From assembly GCA_022827325.1 (NCBI GenBank), contig JAJDTE010000067.1, forward strand, positions 41,120 through 105,119: DNA of 64,000 bases. The letters run 5' to 3'. This stretch comes from Gammaproteobacteria bacterium. GTDB taxonomy: Bacteria; Pseudomonadota; Gammaproteobacteria; Arenicellales; Poriferihabitantaceae. Shown piece by piece: positions 1-8,233 of the stretch (positions are counted from its first letter, which is position 1; each line of letters opens with the position of its first letter). The notes under the pieces are model-generated. The model saw nothing but the letters and a program-made list of their open reading frames with translations. It ran no database searches and was not told where the DNA came from. The translations under genes and the position numbers were made by a program.

Positions 1-107
1 CCAAGTTGAGGATCGCCCTTGCAAAGGGCAAGAAACAGCACGACAAGCGCCAGACCATCCGTCAGCGGGAATGGGAACGGGACAAAGCGAGGCTGCTGAA
101 GCGGTAG
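1..107 (+). CDS. smpB: SsrA-binding protein SmpB, C-terminal fragment (5' end lies outside the window)
   Basis: Translation from nt 3 gives [34 protein letters not shown] followed by TAG at 105-107. This is the conserved basic C-terminal tail of SmpB. The tmRNA gene follows 73 nt downstream, the canonical smpB-ssrA arrangement. Confidence 0.9.
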   Translation, partial: KLRIALAKGKKQHDKRQTIRQREWERDKARLLKR

Positions 108-139
108 CCGCGGCCGCCGCGGGCACTTGAAATTTCCTT

Positions 140-166
140 TTGTCACGCCACCTTCGGGTGTAGAAT
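140..166 (+). promoter_or_regulatory. Putative ssrA promoter (TTGTCA / TAGAAT)
   Basis: TTGTCA at 140-145 and TAGAAT at 161-166. The -10 lies 15 nt upstream of the mature tmRNA 5' end, which would give a short 5' leader. The spacer is only 15 nt, which is suboptimal, so confidence is low. Confidence 0.35.
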
Positions 167-180
167 CGCCTATCCATATG

Positions 181-537
181 GGGGTGACTGGCTTCGACGT
201 CGGTCGCGAAACCATCGGAGCATGCCGAGGTGCAGAGTTCCTCGCAAATCCAGCTGCACAACAATAGTTGCCAACGACGACAACTACGCACTGGCGGCTT
301 AAGTCCCGCTAGTCCTTCCACCCGGCTCGCCTGTCGGCTTGGGCTCGGAAGGTCATTCCAGACAGGATCGCTTGCCGGCTGTGCCTGTTAGCCGGCTGCT
401 AAAGGTAAGCAGGCTCGCCGTCCGGTAAGTTTGTCTGCCGACTGGCCGGACGGTTAACCTGAAGCGCAGACTAAGCATGTAGTTGCCGGTGAGCGTAGGG
501 CTTGCGGACGCGGGTTCAATTCCCGCCACCTCCACCA
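181..537 (+). ncRNA. ssrA: tmRNA (transfer-messenger RNA, one-piece)
   Basis: 5' GGGGTGACTGGCTTCGACG tRNA-like acceptor start at 181. Internal tag reading frame gcc aac gac gac aac tac gca ctg gcg gct taa at 270-302 (ANDDNYALAA stop). 3' T-arm/acceptor GGACGCGGGTTCAATTCCCGCCACCTCCACCA ends at 537. Confidence 0.95.
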
Positions 538-547
538 TTTCCCGACT

Positions 548-578
548 GAACATGTGCCCGATGGGCCATGTTCTTCGA
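548..578 (+). terminator. Probable ssrA terminator hairpin
   Basis: GAACATG (548-554) pairs with CATGTTC (567-573). An inner GCCC/GGGC stem lies between them. T-rich TTCTTCG follows immediately. Confidence 0.5.
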
Positions 579-750
579 AATGACTGCCCGGGAACAGGGA
601 CTTCCCGGCGGGGTTCTATTGCTATCCGCCTGACTTCAGGTGGTAAAATGGGGCGTTTCGTTCTTCTGCGCCTTGCCCAACCGATGTGTTCCGGCAAGGA
701 TATTCGTTTCCGGCGCCCCGAGCGCCGATTTGGAAATCCGGATAAAGACA

Positions 751-2130
751 ATGAGAATTCATCTCGGAGCCAAGTTGCTTTTACTTTCCACAGCGCTGTG
801 CCTTGCCTTGCTGCCCGGGACCGTACTTGCCAGCGTTGGCGGTGAAACTGCGTTCGTCTTCAACACCTTTTCATTCCTGATCTGGGGCGCGCTGGTGATG
901 TGGATGTGCGCCGGCTTCACCATGCTTGAAGCAGGTTCGGTCCGTACCAAGAATGCATCGGTCATCTGCCTCAAGAACATCGGCCTGTACTCCATTGCGG
1001 GCATTTCATACTACATCGTGGGGTACAACCTCATGTATGTGGAGGTCAATGATCTGGTCGGTACTCTCACCCTGTTCTACAACTCGACACCGGAGGAAAT
1101 CGCGCTCCTGAGCGACGGGTCCGAAAGCGCGGCCGCATCGGTGGTGAGCAACGGCTATTCGACCATGTCGGACTGGTTCTTCCAGATGGTGTTCGTCGCG
1201 ACCACGGCATCCATCGTGTCCGGAACACTGGCCGAAAGGGTGAAGCTGTGGTCCTTCTTCGCCTTCATACTGATTCTCACCGCCTTCATTTACCCCATTA
1301 TCGGCGCATGGACCTGGGGGGGAGGTTGGCTGAACCAGATGGGCTTCAAGGACTTTGCCGGTTCCACCATCGTCCACTCCACCGGCGGTTGGGCCGCCCT
1401 GGCGGGCGCCATTGTCATCGGCGCAAGGTCCGGCAAATTCCGCAAGGACGGAACCGTAAAGCTCACACCGCCCTCCAATGTGCCTGCGGTCACGCTGGGT
1501 GTCTTTATCCTGTGGCTCGGCTGGTTTGGTTTCAACGGCGGTTCCCAGCTTGCCCTCGGCAGTGCCGCGGATGCGGTGGCCATGGGCATTGTGCTCGCGA
1601 ACACCAACCTGGCCGCAGCGGCCGGCGTGCTGGTGGCCGTCAGCGTTTCCCGGCCGATATTCGGTAGAGTGGACCTGTTGAGCGTCCTGAACGGGGCGAT
1701 CGGCGGCCTGGTCGCGATCACCGCGGGACCGGACATGGTCAATCACAGCTGGGCGATCCTGATCGGCGGCATTGGCGGCCTGGTGTGCACTGTCGGCATG
1801 CGGCTGCTTGAGCGATGGCGGATTGACGACGTGGTTGGCGCCATTCCGGCACACCTGTTCGCCGGGGTCTGGGGTACACTCGCCGTCTGCATCGTGTCCG
1901 GCGGAAACTTCCTGACCCAGTTGATCGGGATCGTCGCCATCGGCGCCTTTGTATTTGCCACTTCCTATCTCGCCTGGTTTGTCCTTAGCCGGACGATGGG
2001 GTGTCGCGTATCCCCCACGGTGGAGGAATTGGGGCAGGATACCGCGGAACTTGGTATCGAGGCCTACCCCGAATTCGTGGTGATGCCGGATATGGAGACT
2101 TCAGAGGACATGGAAAAAATCGATGATTGA
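751..2130 (+). CDS. amt: Ammonium transporter (Amt family)
   Basis: ORF 640-2130. The likely start is ATG 751, giving a signal-like N-terminus MRIHLGAKLLLLSTALCLALLPGTVLA. Multi-TM protein with Amt-type motifs (FTMLEAGSVRTKN, AGSTIVHSTGGWAALAGAIVIGAR, LWLGWFGFNGGS). Confidence 0.9.
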   Translation: MRIHLGAKLLLLSTALCLALLPGTVLASVGGETAFVFNTFSFLIWGALVMWMCAGFTMLEAGSVRTKNASVICLKNIGLYSIAGISYYIVGYNLMYVEVNDLVGTLTLFYNSTPEEIALLSDGSESAAASVVSNGYSTMSDWFFQMVFVATTASIVSGTLAERVKLWSFFAFILILTAFIYPIIGAWTWGGGWLNQMGFKDFAGSTIVHSTGGWAALAGAIVIGARSGKFRKDGTVKLTPPSNVPAVTLGVFILWLGWFGFNGGSQLALGSAADAVAMGIVLANTNLAAAAGVLVAVSVSRPIFGRVDLLSVLNGAIGGLVAITAGPDMVNHSWAILIGGIGGLVCTVGMRLLERWRIDDVVGAIPAHLFAGVWGTLAVCIVSGGNFLTQLIGIVAIGAFVFATSYLAWFVLSRTMGCRVSPTVEELGQDTAELGIEAYPEFVVMPDMETSEDMEKIDD

Positions 2131-2199
2131 TATATAATCCGCCTCTGAACGCCCTTCAGTGAGTTTCCTGTAATTCCCATTTACGAGAAAGCAACGATC

Positions 2200-2532
2200 A
2201 TGTTGGAAGTCGAGCACGAGCAGAACACCTTAATTTTGAAGATCTCCGGCCGGATTGACGGCAGCAACGCTGGAGACTTCCAGACAAAGGTTCAGGAGTC
2301 GATACCCCAGGATACCGGATCGGTTATTCTGGATATGAATGATCTGATCTATATCAGCAGTGCCGGACTGCGTGTCATTCTGTTGCTGGCCAAGAACCTC
2401 AGGAGCAAAAAGGGGAAACTCGCCATGTGTTCCGTGGCCGGGCCGGTGAAGGACGTCTTCACGATCAGCGGTTTCAGTGCCATCATTCCCACCTATGACG
2501 ACCGGCCCAGTGCCCTCAGCGCCATAGCCTAG
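2200..2532 (+). CDS. STAS-domain anti-sigma-factor antagonist (SpoIIAA/RsbV-like)
   Basis: 110 aa with the typical STAS layout and the conserved phosphorylatable motif DLIYISSAGLRVIL (Ser53/Ser54). Confidence 0.85.
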   Translation: MLEVEHEQNTLILKISGRIDGSNAGDFQTKVQESIPQDTGSVILDMNDLIYISSAGLRVILLLAKNLRSKKGKLAMCSVAGPVKDVFTISGFSAIIPTYDDRPSALSAIA

Positions 2533-2917
2533 CGCATCTCCCCATCCCCAGGGCATCAAGCACTGAACCGCTCGCCTCCCTGCAAGGAAGACCAATCGAA
2601 CCCCAATGTGCGATCAACTGGAGGCTCGCCGAGCAATATGCGGCTCTGGAGCTTGGCAGGTTGTAGTGCGTGCGGCCGGGACCCTGCACTGCCCGGGGAC
2701 CGGAGCCGGGAGGCTATCCGCGCAGTCCTGCCGTTGATGCGCGCGGCGGCAGGCGTACCAGATATCCTTGCTCCCTGCGAAAATGCCGACGCCACCCGTT
2801 TTGATCATCCGCCGCGCAGGCCCCTGAACACCTCCGGACACCGTGGTCCGGCCTGTGCGGGACGGCCCGGCAAACAGTTTACCGGCATCATTGCACCATA
2901 GGCCCAGAATTTTCCAC

Positions 2918-4396
2918 ATGAGCGATCGATTCTCATATCCCCAGGCGCTGTCACCCGAGGAATTCCGCCGTTTGGGTTCCCAGGTCATCGAGATCGCGGC
3001 ACGGCATCTGGAGACCGTGGTGGAACTGCCGATTCGTCCGGTCCCCCCGGAAGAGGTCAAGCAGCAGTTGCTGGAGCAGCCGTTGCCCCTGGAGGGGCGG
3101 TCCCCTGCGGACATGCTTGCCTTTCTGGAGCAGAACCTGATGCCCTATGCGCGCGGCAATGGCCATCCGGGCTACATGGGCTGGGTGATCTCCCCCCCGG
3201 CCCACATGGCCATCTTGACGGATCTGCTGGGTGCGGCAATCGACACGAATTGCGGCGGCGGCCATCCGGCCGCCACCTGGCTGGAAAGATGCGCGATCCG
3301 CTGGATCAAGGCGCTCCTTGGCTACGAGTCCCCTGACAGTCATGGCCTGCTGGTTTCCGGGGGGTCGATGGCGAACCTCAACGCCATTGCGGCAGCCCGG
3401 TACGCCGCTGCCCGGCGTGCGGACTGGGACATCCGCGAGCAGGGCATGTGCGGGGGTCCGGACCTGGTCCTTTATGCTTCCCGCGAGACGCATTCCTGTG
3501 TTACCAAGGCGGTGGAACTGATGGGAATGGGCCAGAGGGCCATCCGGTTCTTGGATACCGATGAACAGTACCGGATCGACCTTGATGCCCTTGAATCCGC
3601 GGTTGCAGAGGATTTCCGGGACGGACGGGTGCCTTTCTGCATCGTCGGCAATGCCGGCACGGCCAACACGGGCGCCGTGGACAATCTGGCGGCCCTGGCC
3701 GACATCTGCGAAAAGCATGATATCTGGCTGCACGTGGACGGCTCCTACGGAGCGTTTGGCGTGATGGACCCCCGACGCGCGGACCTGTTCGCCGGCATGG
3801 ACCGGGCGGATTCCATCGCTCTCGACCCGCACAAGTGGCTTTCGACCCCGTTTGACTGCGGCTGCGTACTGGTGCGGGACAGGCATATCCTCCGGGACTG
3901 CTTTTCCCTGATGTCACCACTCATCCGCCAGGTGGGCATGGACACCGATGATCTTGGCGCACAGCATGAGTACGGACTTGAACTCAGCCGCTCGTTCCGG
4001 GCACTCAAGGTCTGGTCGGTTCTGTCCCATGTCGGCGTGGAGGGATTCCGCGACACCATCAGCCGTCAGAACACCATGGCAGCGGATCTTGCGGATTATG
4101 TTGAGCAGTCAGACGACCTTGAGCTTCTGGCGCCTCCGGTCCTTTCGGTCGTGTGCTTCCGTTACGTGCCGCCGGACCTGGATGCCGACGAAGAGCGTCT
4201 CAATGCCCTGAACAAGGATATCGTCGTGAAACTCCAGGCGGAAGGCCGGGTCTATCCCTCGAGCACGGAACTCGAGGGACGGTTTGCCATACGGGCGAAC
4301 ATTTTCCACTATGCGGCCGACCGCAGTGATGTGGACACCCTGATCGAGGATGTGCGGCGATATGGCGGCGAACTGATGCAGGGCAGTACCCCGTAG
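2918..4396 (+). CDS. Pyridoxal-dependent decarboxylase, group II (aromatic-L-amino-acid/glutamate decarboxylase-like)
   Basis: ORF 2843-4396; the likely start is ATG 2918 (MSDRFSYPQALSPEEF). Contains SGGSMANL, HVDGSYGAF and the PLP-lysine motif DPHKW. Confidence 0.85.
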   Translation: MSDRFSYPQALSPEEFRRLGSQVIEIAARHLETVVELPIRPVPPEEVKQQLLEQPLPLEGRSPADMLAFLEQNLMPYARGNGHPGYMGWVISPPAHMAILTDLLGAAIDTNCGGGHPAATWLERCAIRWIKALLGYESPDSHGLLVSGGSMANLNAIAAARYAAARRADWDIREQGMCGGPDLVLYASRETHSCVTKAVELMGMGQRAIRFLDTDEQYRIDLDALESAVAEDFRDGRVPFCIVGNAGTANTGAVDNLAALADICEKHDIWLHVDGSYGAFGVMDPRRADLFAGMDRADSIALDPHKWLSTPFDCGCVLVRDRHILRDCFSLMSPLIRQVGMDTDDLGAQHEYGLELSRSFRALKVWSVLSHVGVEGFRDTISRQNTMAADLADYVEQSDDLELLAPPVLSVVCFRYVPPDLDADEERLNALNKDIVVKLQAEGRVYPSSTELEGRFAIRANIFHYAADRSDVDTLIEDVRRYGGELMQGSTP

Positions 4397-4404
4397 ACCG
4401 GAAG

Positions 4405-4428
4405 CCGCCCGCCATGGGCGGTATCTCC
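4405..4428. terminator. Weak hairpin between convergent genes
   Basis: CCGCCC (4405-4410), loop gccat, GGGCGG (4416-4421), followed by tatctcc. There is no strong U-tract. Confidence 0.25.
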
Positions 4429-4586
4429 ACAACCCCTCCAGCATGAACCGGACCCGGTTTCCGGACAATGCATACCGGCCGCCTGTGCCCTTTGCCTGAC
4501 GGATGGAAGCATCCCTTGCCCCTCCCGGCATGGTTCCACGATGCCGATCTCAACTGCCCCGGCGCCAGTGGCCGGCACGTCCCAGG

Positions 4587-5021
4587 CTATTGTTCCTTGG
4601 ATTCCTGTACGAGCGTGACCCGGTTTATGCCGTCAATTCTCTGGTAATTGTAGTCACTGGCGATTGTCTTGACGAAAAACACGCCCAGCCCGCCGATGTT
4701 CCGGTCATCGACATCGGCATCGAGGTCGGGGACGGGGGCCTCCTCGAACGGATTGAATGGAGCCCCGTCATCTTCCATGACAACCGTCAGCGTGCCATCG
4801 TCAACATGCAGCATCACCCTGATCGCGTCATCCCTGTCATCAAGTGCCCCATAGCTGATGGAATTGGTGATCAGTTCGTCAAGCGCCAGATTGGTATTGT
4901 AGATCCATTGCATTTCCCAGCCATGGGCTTCTCCGAAGGCCTCGATTTCATCGGCAATGCGAGCGATTTCGGTCAGATCGTTGCGCAAGGACAATGTAAG
5001 GGTTTGCTGGCCAGGCATCAC
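4587..5021 (-). CDS. RsbW/SpoIIAB-like anti-sigma regulatory factor, serine protein kinase (HATPase_c_2)
   Basis: 144 aa. Motifs LALDELITNSISYG, VVMEDDGAPFNP and GGLGVFFVK are typical of GHKL-type partner-switching kinases. The gene lies 30 nt downstream of the PP2C gene on the same strand. Confidence 0.8.
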   Translation of the reverse strand: MMPGQQTLTLSLRNDLTEIARIADEIEAFGEAHGWEMQWIYNTNLALDELITNSISYGALDDRDDAIRVMLHVDDGTLTVVMEDDGAPFNPFEEAPVPDLDADVDDRNIGGLGVFFVKTIASDYNYQRIDGINRVTLVQESKEQ

Positions 5022-5051
5022 ACTCGTCCCCCTTTCGCCATCACTCTTGAT

Positions 5052-7160
5052 TCAACCGGCTGAATAGTGCAGGACCACGCAGGTAATGTCATCAAACTGC
5101 GGGGCATCGCCAACGAACTCTTCCACGGAACTGACCAGTTGCTTGATATCCTCTTCCGGGGATTGCCCGGGAATCAGGGCATCGATCGTTTCCAGGGTTC
5201 TGTCATCCCCGTACGCCTCCCCTTCGCCGTTGAAGGCCTCGGGTATGCCATCGGTCATCATGATGATTCTTGAGCCGTCCTCCAGCAGGACGGTCGTCTC
5301 ACTGTAAACCAGGTCGTCAATCAATGCCAGCACGGCCCCTTCAGTCTGTTCCAGCACACGGGTGCCCTTGCTGTCTGAAACAATCGGCGGGTTGTGCCCC
5401 CCGGTGGAATACGTCAGGGTTCCGCTCGCCTCGTCCAGGATGCCGTAGAAAAGGGTCACGAACAACTGTTCGTCGTTGTTCTTCTCCAGGTAATCGTTCA
5501 TGTATTCCAGCACGGCAGCCGGGGAGTCGATGTGGAATACGGTACTGCGTAGCAGGGTCCGGGCCATGACCATGAACAGGGCTGCCGGCACCCCCTTGCC
5601 CGAAACATCCGCAATGGCGACGCCGATCCGTTTCTCGTCAAGACGGAACAGGTCGAAAAAGTCGCCGCCGACCTCTTTCGCCGGCGTCATGTAGCCGGAC
5701 GCGGGAAACGGCCCCGACAGTTCCAGGTCGTCGGGGATCAGGGAAAGCTGGACGCGGGTCGCGATATCCAGTTCCTTCTGTATCGAGGCCAGGGCTTCCT
5801 TGGTGCGCAACGCCTCGCGCAGCCGGTCATGCTGATCCTGCACCCGGCCCGACATGTGCTGGAATGCAATGGCCATCATGGCCATGGAGTCGGGCGGTTT
5901 CGCGTCTTCTTCAGCGTCTTCCGAGAGATTGTGCAGGGCCCGCGCCTGCTGGTCGAAATCCGTCGGGGTTTCCTGGACAATGGACCGGAGCTTTTCCAGT
6001 TCGTGCAGCACCTTTTCACGCTCCTCGCCATCCAGGGTCTCCGACAGACCGGTCATTTCCCGAATGATGAACCGCTTCTGGCGCGCCTGCTGCCGCTCCC
6101 GGGAGCGCCGGAACCGGTTCAGTGTCACCAGGTCGATACGGAACCTGCTGATGGCGTTGGATATCTGGCCGACCTCGTTGTCGTCGGATGCCGAGTCCTC
6201 GATCTGCGCCTGCAGATCGCCCTTGGACAGGGCGTTGAGAACCCTGACACTTTCCGCCAACGGGGAAAAAGCCCGGGACATGTAGTAGTTCAGGCCGATC
6301 AGCAGGACCAGCAGGAGGCCGCCGATCACGAACGCCGAGGGCGTACTGATCGCCTGTTGCCGGGCGATCAGTCCGGTGATGTCCCTGACGATGACGATCC
6401 GTCCGAGAAGGCCGGAGAGCTCGGCGTTCTGCGGCAGCACCGACACCGAGAAGTACTGGTCCTCCACCCTGATGGTCTGGAGTACGTCAATGTTCCGCAG
6501 GTCGATCTGCTTGCGCAGTTTGCCCCACAGCGTCCTGTCGGATGACGAAATCAATCGGCCACGCCGGTTCACAAACACCACTGACGAATCCGTGACACGC
6601 TCCATTTCCTCAATGGCCATCAGCATGTCGGTGAAGAATATCGCCATGCCGACCGGGATTTCCCGGTCGGAATACAACGGAAATCCGTACACGACTCCGG
6701 TATTTCTTTGCGCATCGTTACCGATACCCCGCGCCACGGTGCCGTCCTCGATATTCGTTTTCGCGATGCCTGATGCAATGGCCGGGGACTGGAACACGGT
6801 CGGCAGGGATGAAAAGGCCAGTGAGCCGTCCGCATAAACCAGATCGAAACGCCCGATCGCCCCCTCTTCGTTGAGCCGCTCGAACATACCCCGGCCCAGT
6901 GACTGGATCGACGCGGTATCCTGGCGTCCGATGGCGCCGATCAGTTCACTGTTGTCGGTGACCAGCGTTTCGCTGGCCTCCATCTGCTGGATGATCTCGT
7001 TCTTGATCTTGTTCCACAGGCTGATCTGGTCGCTGACCGACTCCCGGGCGAACTGGTCCTTGATCAGTTCTTCCCGTTCAAGCCCGACAAATATGATGCT
7101 GGCGCAGATGACCCCTATCGTCAGGGTCACAAAGAAACTTATTCGGTTGCGGAGCAGCAT
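5052..7160 (-). CDS. Membrane sensor phosphatase: TM, periplasmic Cache-like domain, TM, HAMP, coiled coil, PP2C/SpoIIE (RsbU-like)
   Basis: 702 aa. N-terminal TM (FFVTLTIGVICASIIFVGL), a ~250-aa extracytoplasmic region, and a second TM (FVIGGLLLVLLIGLNYY). A HAMP-like segment follows (PLAESVRVLNALSKGDLQAQI...EVGQISNAISRF). The C-terminal SpoIIE domain carries GGDFFDLF and AIADVSGKGVPAALFM. Confidence 0.85.
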   Translation of the reverse strand: MLLRNRISFFVTLTIGVICASIIFVGLEREELIKDQFARESVSDQISLWNKIKNEIIQQMEASETLVTDNSELIGAIGRQDTASIQSLGRGMFERLNEEGAIGRFDLVYADGSLAFSSLPTVFQSPAIASGIAKTNIEDGTVARGIGNDAQRNTGVVYGFPLYSDREIPVGMAIFFTDMLMAIEEMERVTDSSVVFVNRRGRLISSSDRTLWGKLRKQIDLRNIDVLQTIRVEDQYFSVSVLPQNAELSGLLGRIVIVRDITGLIARQQAISTPSAFVIGGLLLVLLIGLNYYMSRAFSPLAESVRVLNALSKGDLQAQIEDSASDDNEVGQISNAISRFRIDLVTLNRFRRSRERQQARQKRFIIREMTGLSETLDGEEREKVLHELEKLRSIVQETPTDFDQQARALHNLSEDAEEDAKPPDSMAMMAIAFQHMSGRVQDQHDRLREALRTKEALASIQKELDIATRVQLSLIPDDLELSGPFPASGYMTPAKEVGGDFFDLFRLDEKRIGVAIADVSGKGVPAALFMVMARTLLRSTVFHIDSPAAVLEYMNDYLEKNNDEQLFVTLFYGILDEASGTLTYSTGGHNPPIVSDSKGTRVLEQTEGAVLALIDDLVYSETTVLLEDGSRIIMMTDGIPEAFNGEGEAYGDDRTLETIDALIPGQSPEEDIKQLVSSVEEFVGDAPQFDDITCVVLHYSAG

Positions 7161-7189
7161 GGTTCAGCAGATCAATCCCGGACAGCCGT

Positions 7190-8233
7190 TTATTGCAGAC
7201 CGCTGTCCTTGAAGTCGGCGATGGATATCATGTTCATGGGGGGGTAGACCCCAAGGGCCTTCACGACGTCAATGTTGACCCAAAACTTGAAGCGGCTGAG
7301 CTGGGCGATTGGCAGGTTTCTCGGGTTGATTCCGTCCACCAGGATTTTTTCCGCCTGCAGGCCCGCCAGCTTGCCAAGCGTGTGGTAGTTCGATACCAGG
7401 CCGAACATGCTGTGCGAACTCTTCAGCGTGACCTGCGTGGACGCGAAGACCGGCAGGCCCGCCTCGATCGCGGTCCTGGTGTACATGACCCCGTGCCGGG
7501 TGAAGAAAGCGTCCGGACCGATGTAGAGCACATCCGCCCCCTCGGACTTCACCTGGCGGATCAGGTCCGGCAATGTATCCGGATCCGGCTTCCCGTCCTC
7601 GTTCAGGGGAACCGGCACGGCCAGGAATTCCATGCCCGATTTTGGCACGGCTTCCTGAAGCTGTTCGATATTGATCCTGGAATTCCTGGCGGTCTTGTCG
7701 TAGATGGCGGCCAGTTTCCGGAAGGGACGATAGGCCCGTATGACGTTGAGCTGCACATCCAGCGGGGCGAGAAATGAGACTCCCGAGACCATGCGGCCGG
7801 TACTTTCATAGCTCTTGATGATATTGGCCACCTGGGGATATGCCACCAGCACGAAGATGGTCGGGATATCGCGTATGAATTTTTCCGGCGTGTCCGTATC
7901 CACACTGCCGACAATGCTCAAGGTCGCACCCGTGCCCCATGTGTAGACCAGATCCGGTTTTGTCCGCCGGATCTCCTCGACGATCGGCGGGGCGTTCGCC
8001 CGGTCAAGTTCAAGACTGCGGACGGTCAGTTCATAGGGAATTCCCCGTTGGTTGAGGTAGTCCCTGAACCCTGCCTCCACCTCGGTTTCCCCGCGCCAGA
8101 CCACCGCGAAAATCCTGTAGGGCCGGCCATTTTCCCCGCCGCCCGTTCCCTGGGCATAACCCGGAACCGGCACCACCAGCAGGATGGCCAGCAGCCCGGT
8201 GACGAGAGTCAGCAGCGTGCGCCGGAAATTCAT
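7190..8233 (-). CDS. Periplasmic substrate-binding protein, ABC_sub_bind (COG2984-like) family, orphan
   Basis: 347 aa with a signal peptide (LLTLVTGLLAILLVVPVPGYAQG). The overall sequence pattern matches the 'putative ABC transport system substrate-binding protein' family. No ABC permease or ATPase is adjacent. The start ATG overlaps the upstream gene's stop (ATGA). Confidence 0.8.
   Translation of the reverse strand: MNFRRTLLTLVTGLLAILLVVPVPGYAQGTGGGENGRPYRIFAVVWRGETEVEAGFRDYLNQRGIPYELTVRSLELDRANAPPIVEEIRRTKPDLVYTWGTGATLSIVGSVDTDTPEKFIRDIPTIFVLVAYPQVANIIKSYESTGRMVSGVSFLAPLDVQLNVIRAYRPFRKLAAIYDKTARNSRINIEQLQEAVPKSGMEFLAVPVPLNEDGKPDPDTLPDLIRQVKSEGADVLYIGPDAFFTRHGVMYTRTAIEAGLPVFASTQVTLKSSHSMFGLVSNYHTLGKLAGLQAEKILVDGINPRNLPIAQLSRFKFWVNIDVVKALGVYPPMNMISIADFKDSGLQ

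Noticed and set aside
353-845. ORFs at 353-751 (minus strand) and 483-845 (plus strand) that overlap the tmRNA region.
   Set aside because: They overlap the ssrA gene and its terminator. The tmRNA assignment is very strong, and these ORFs have no protein-like features.
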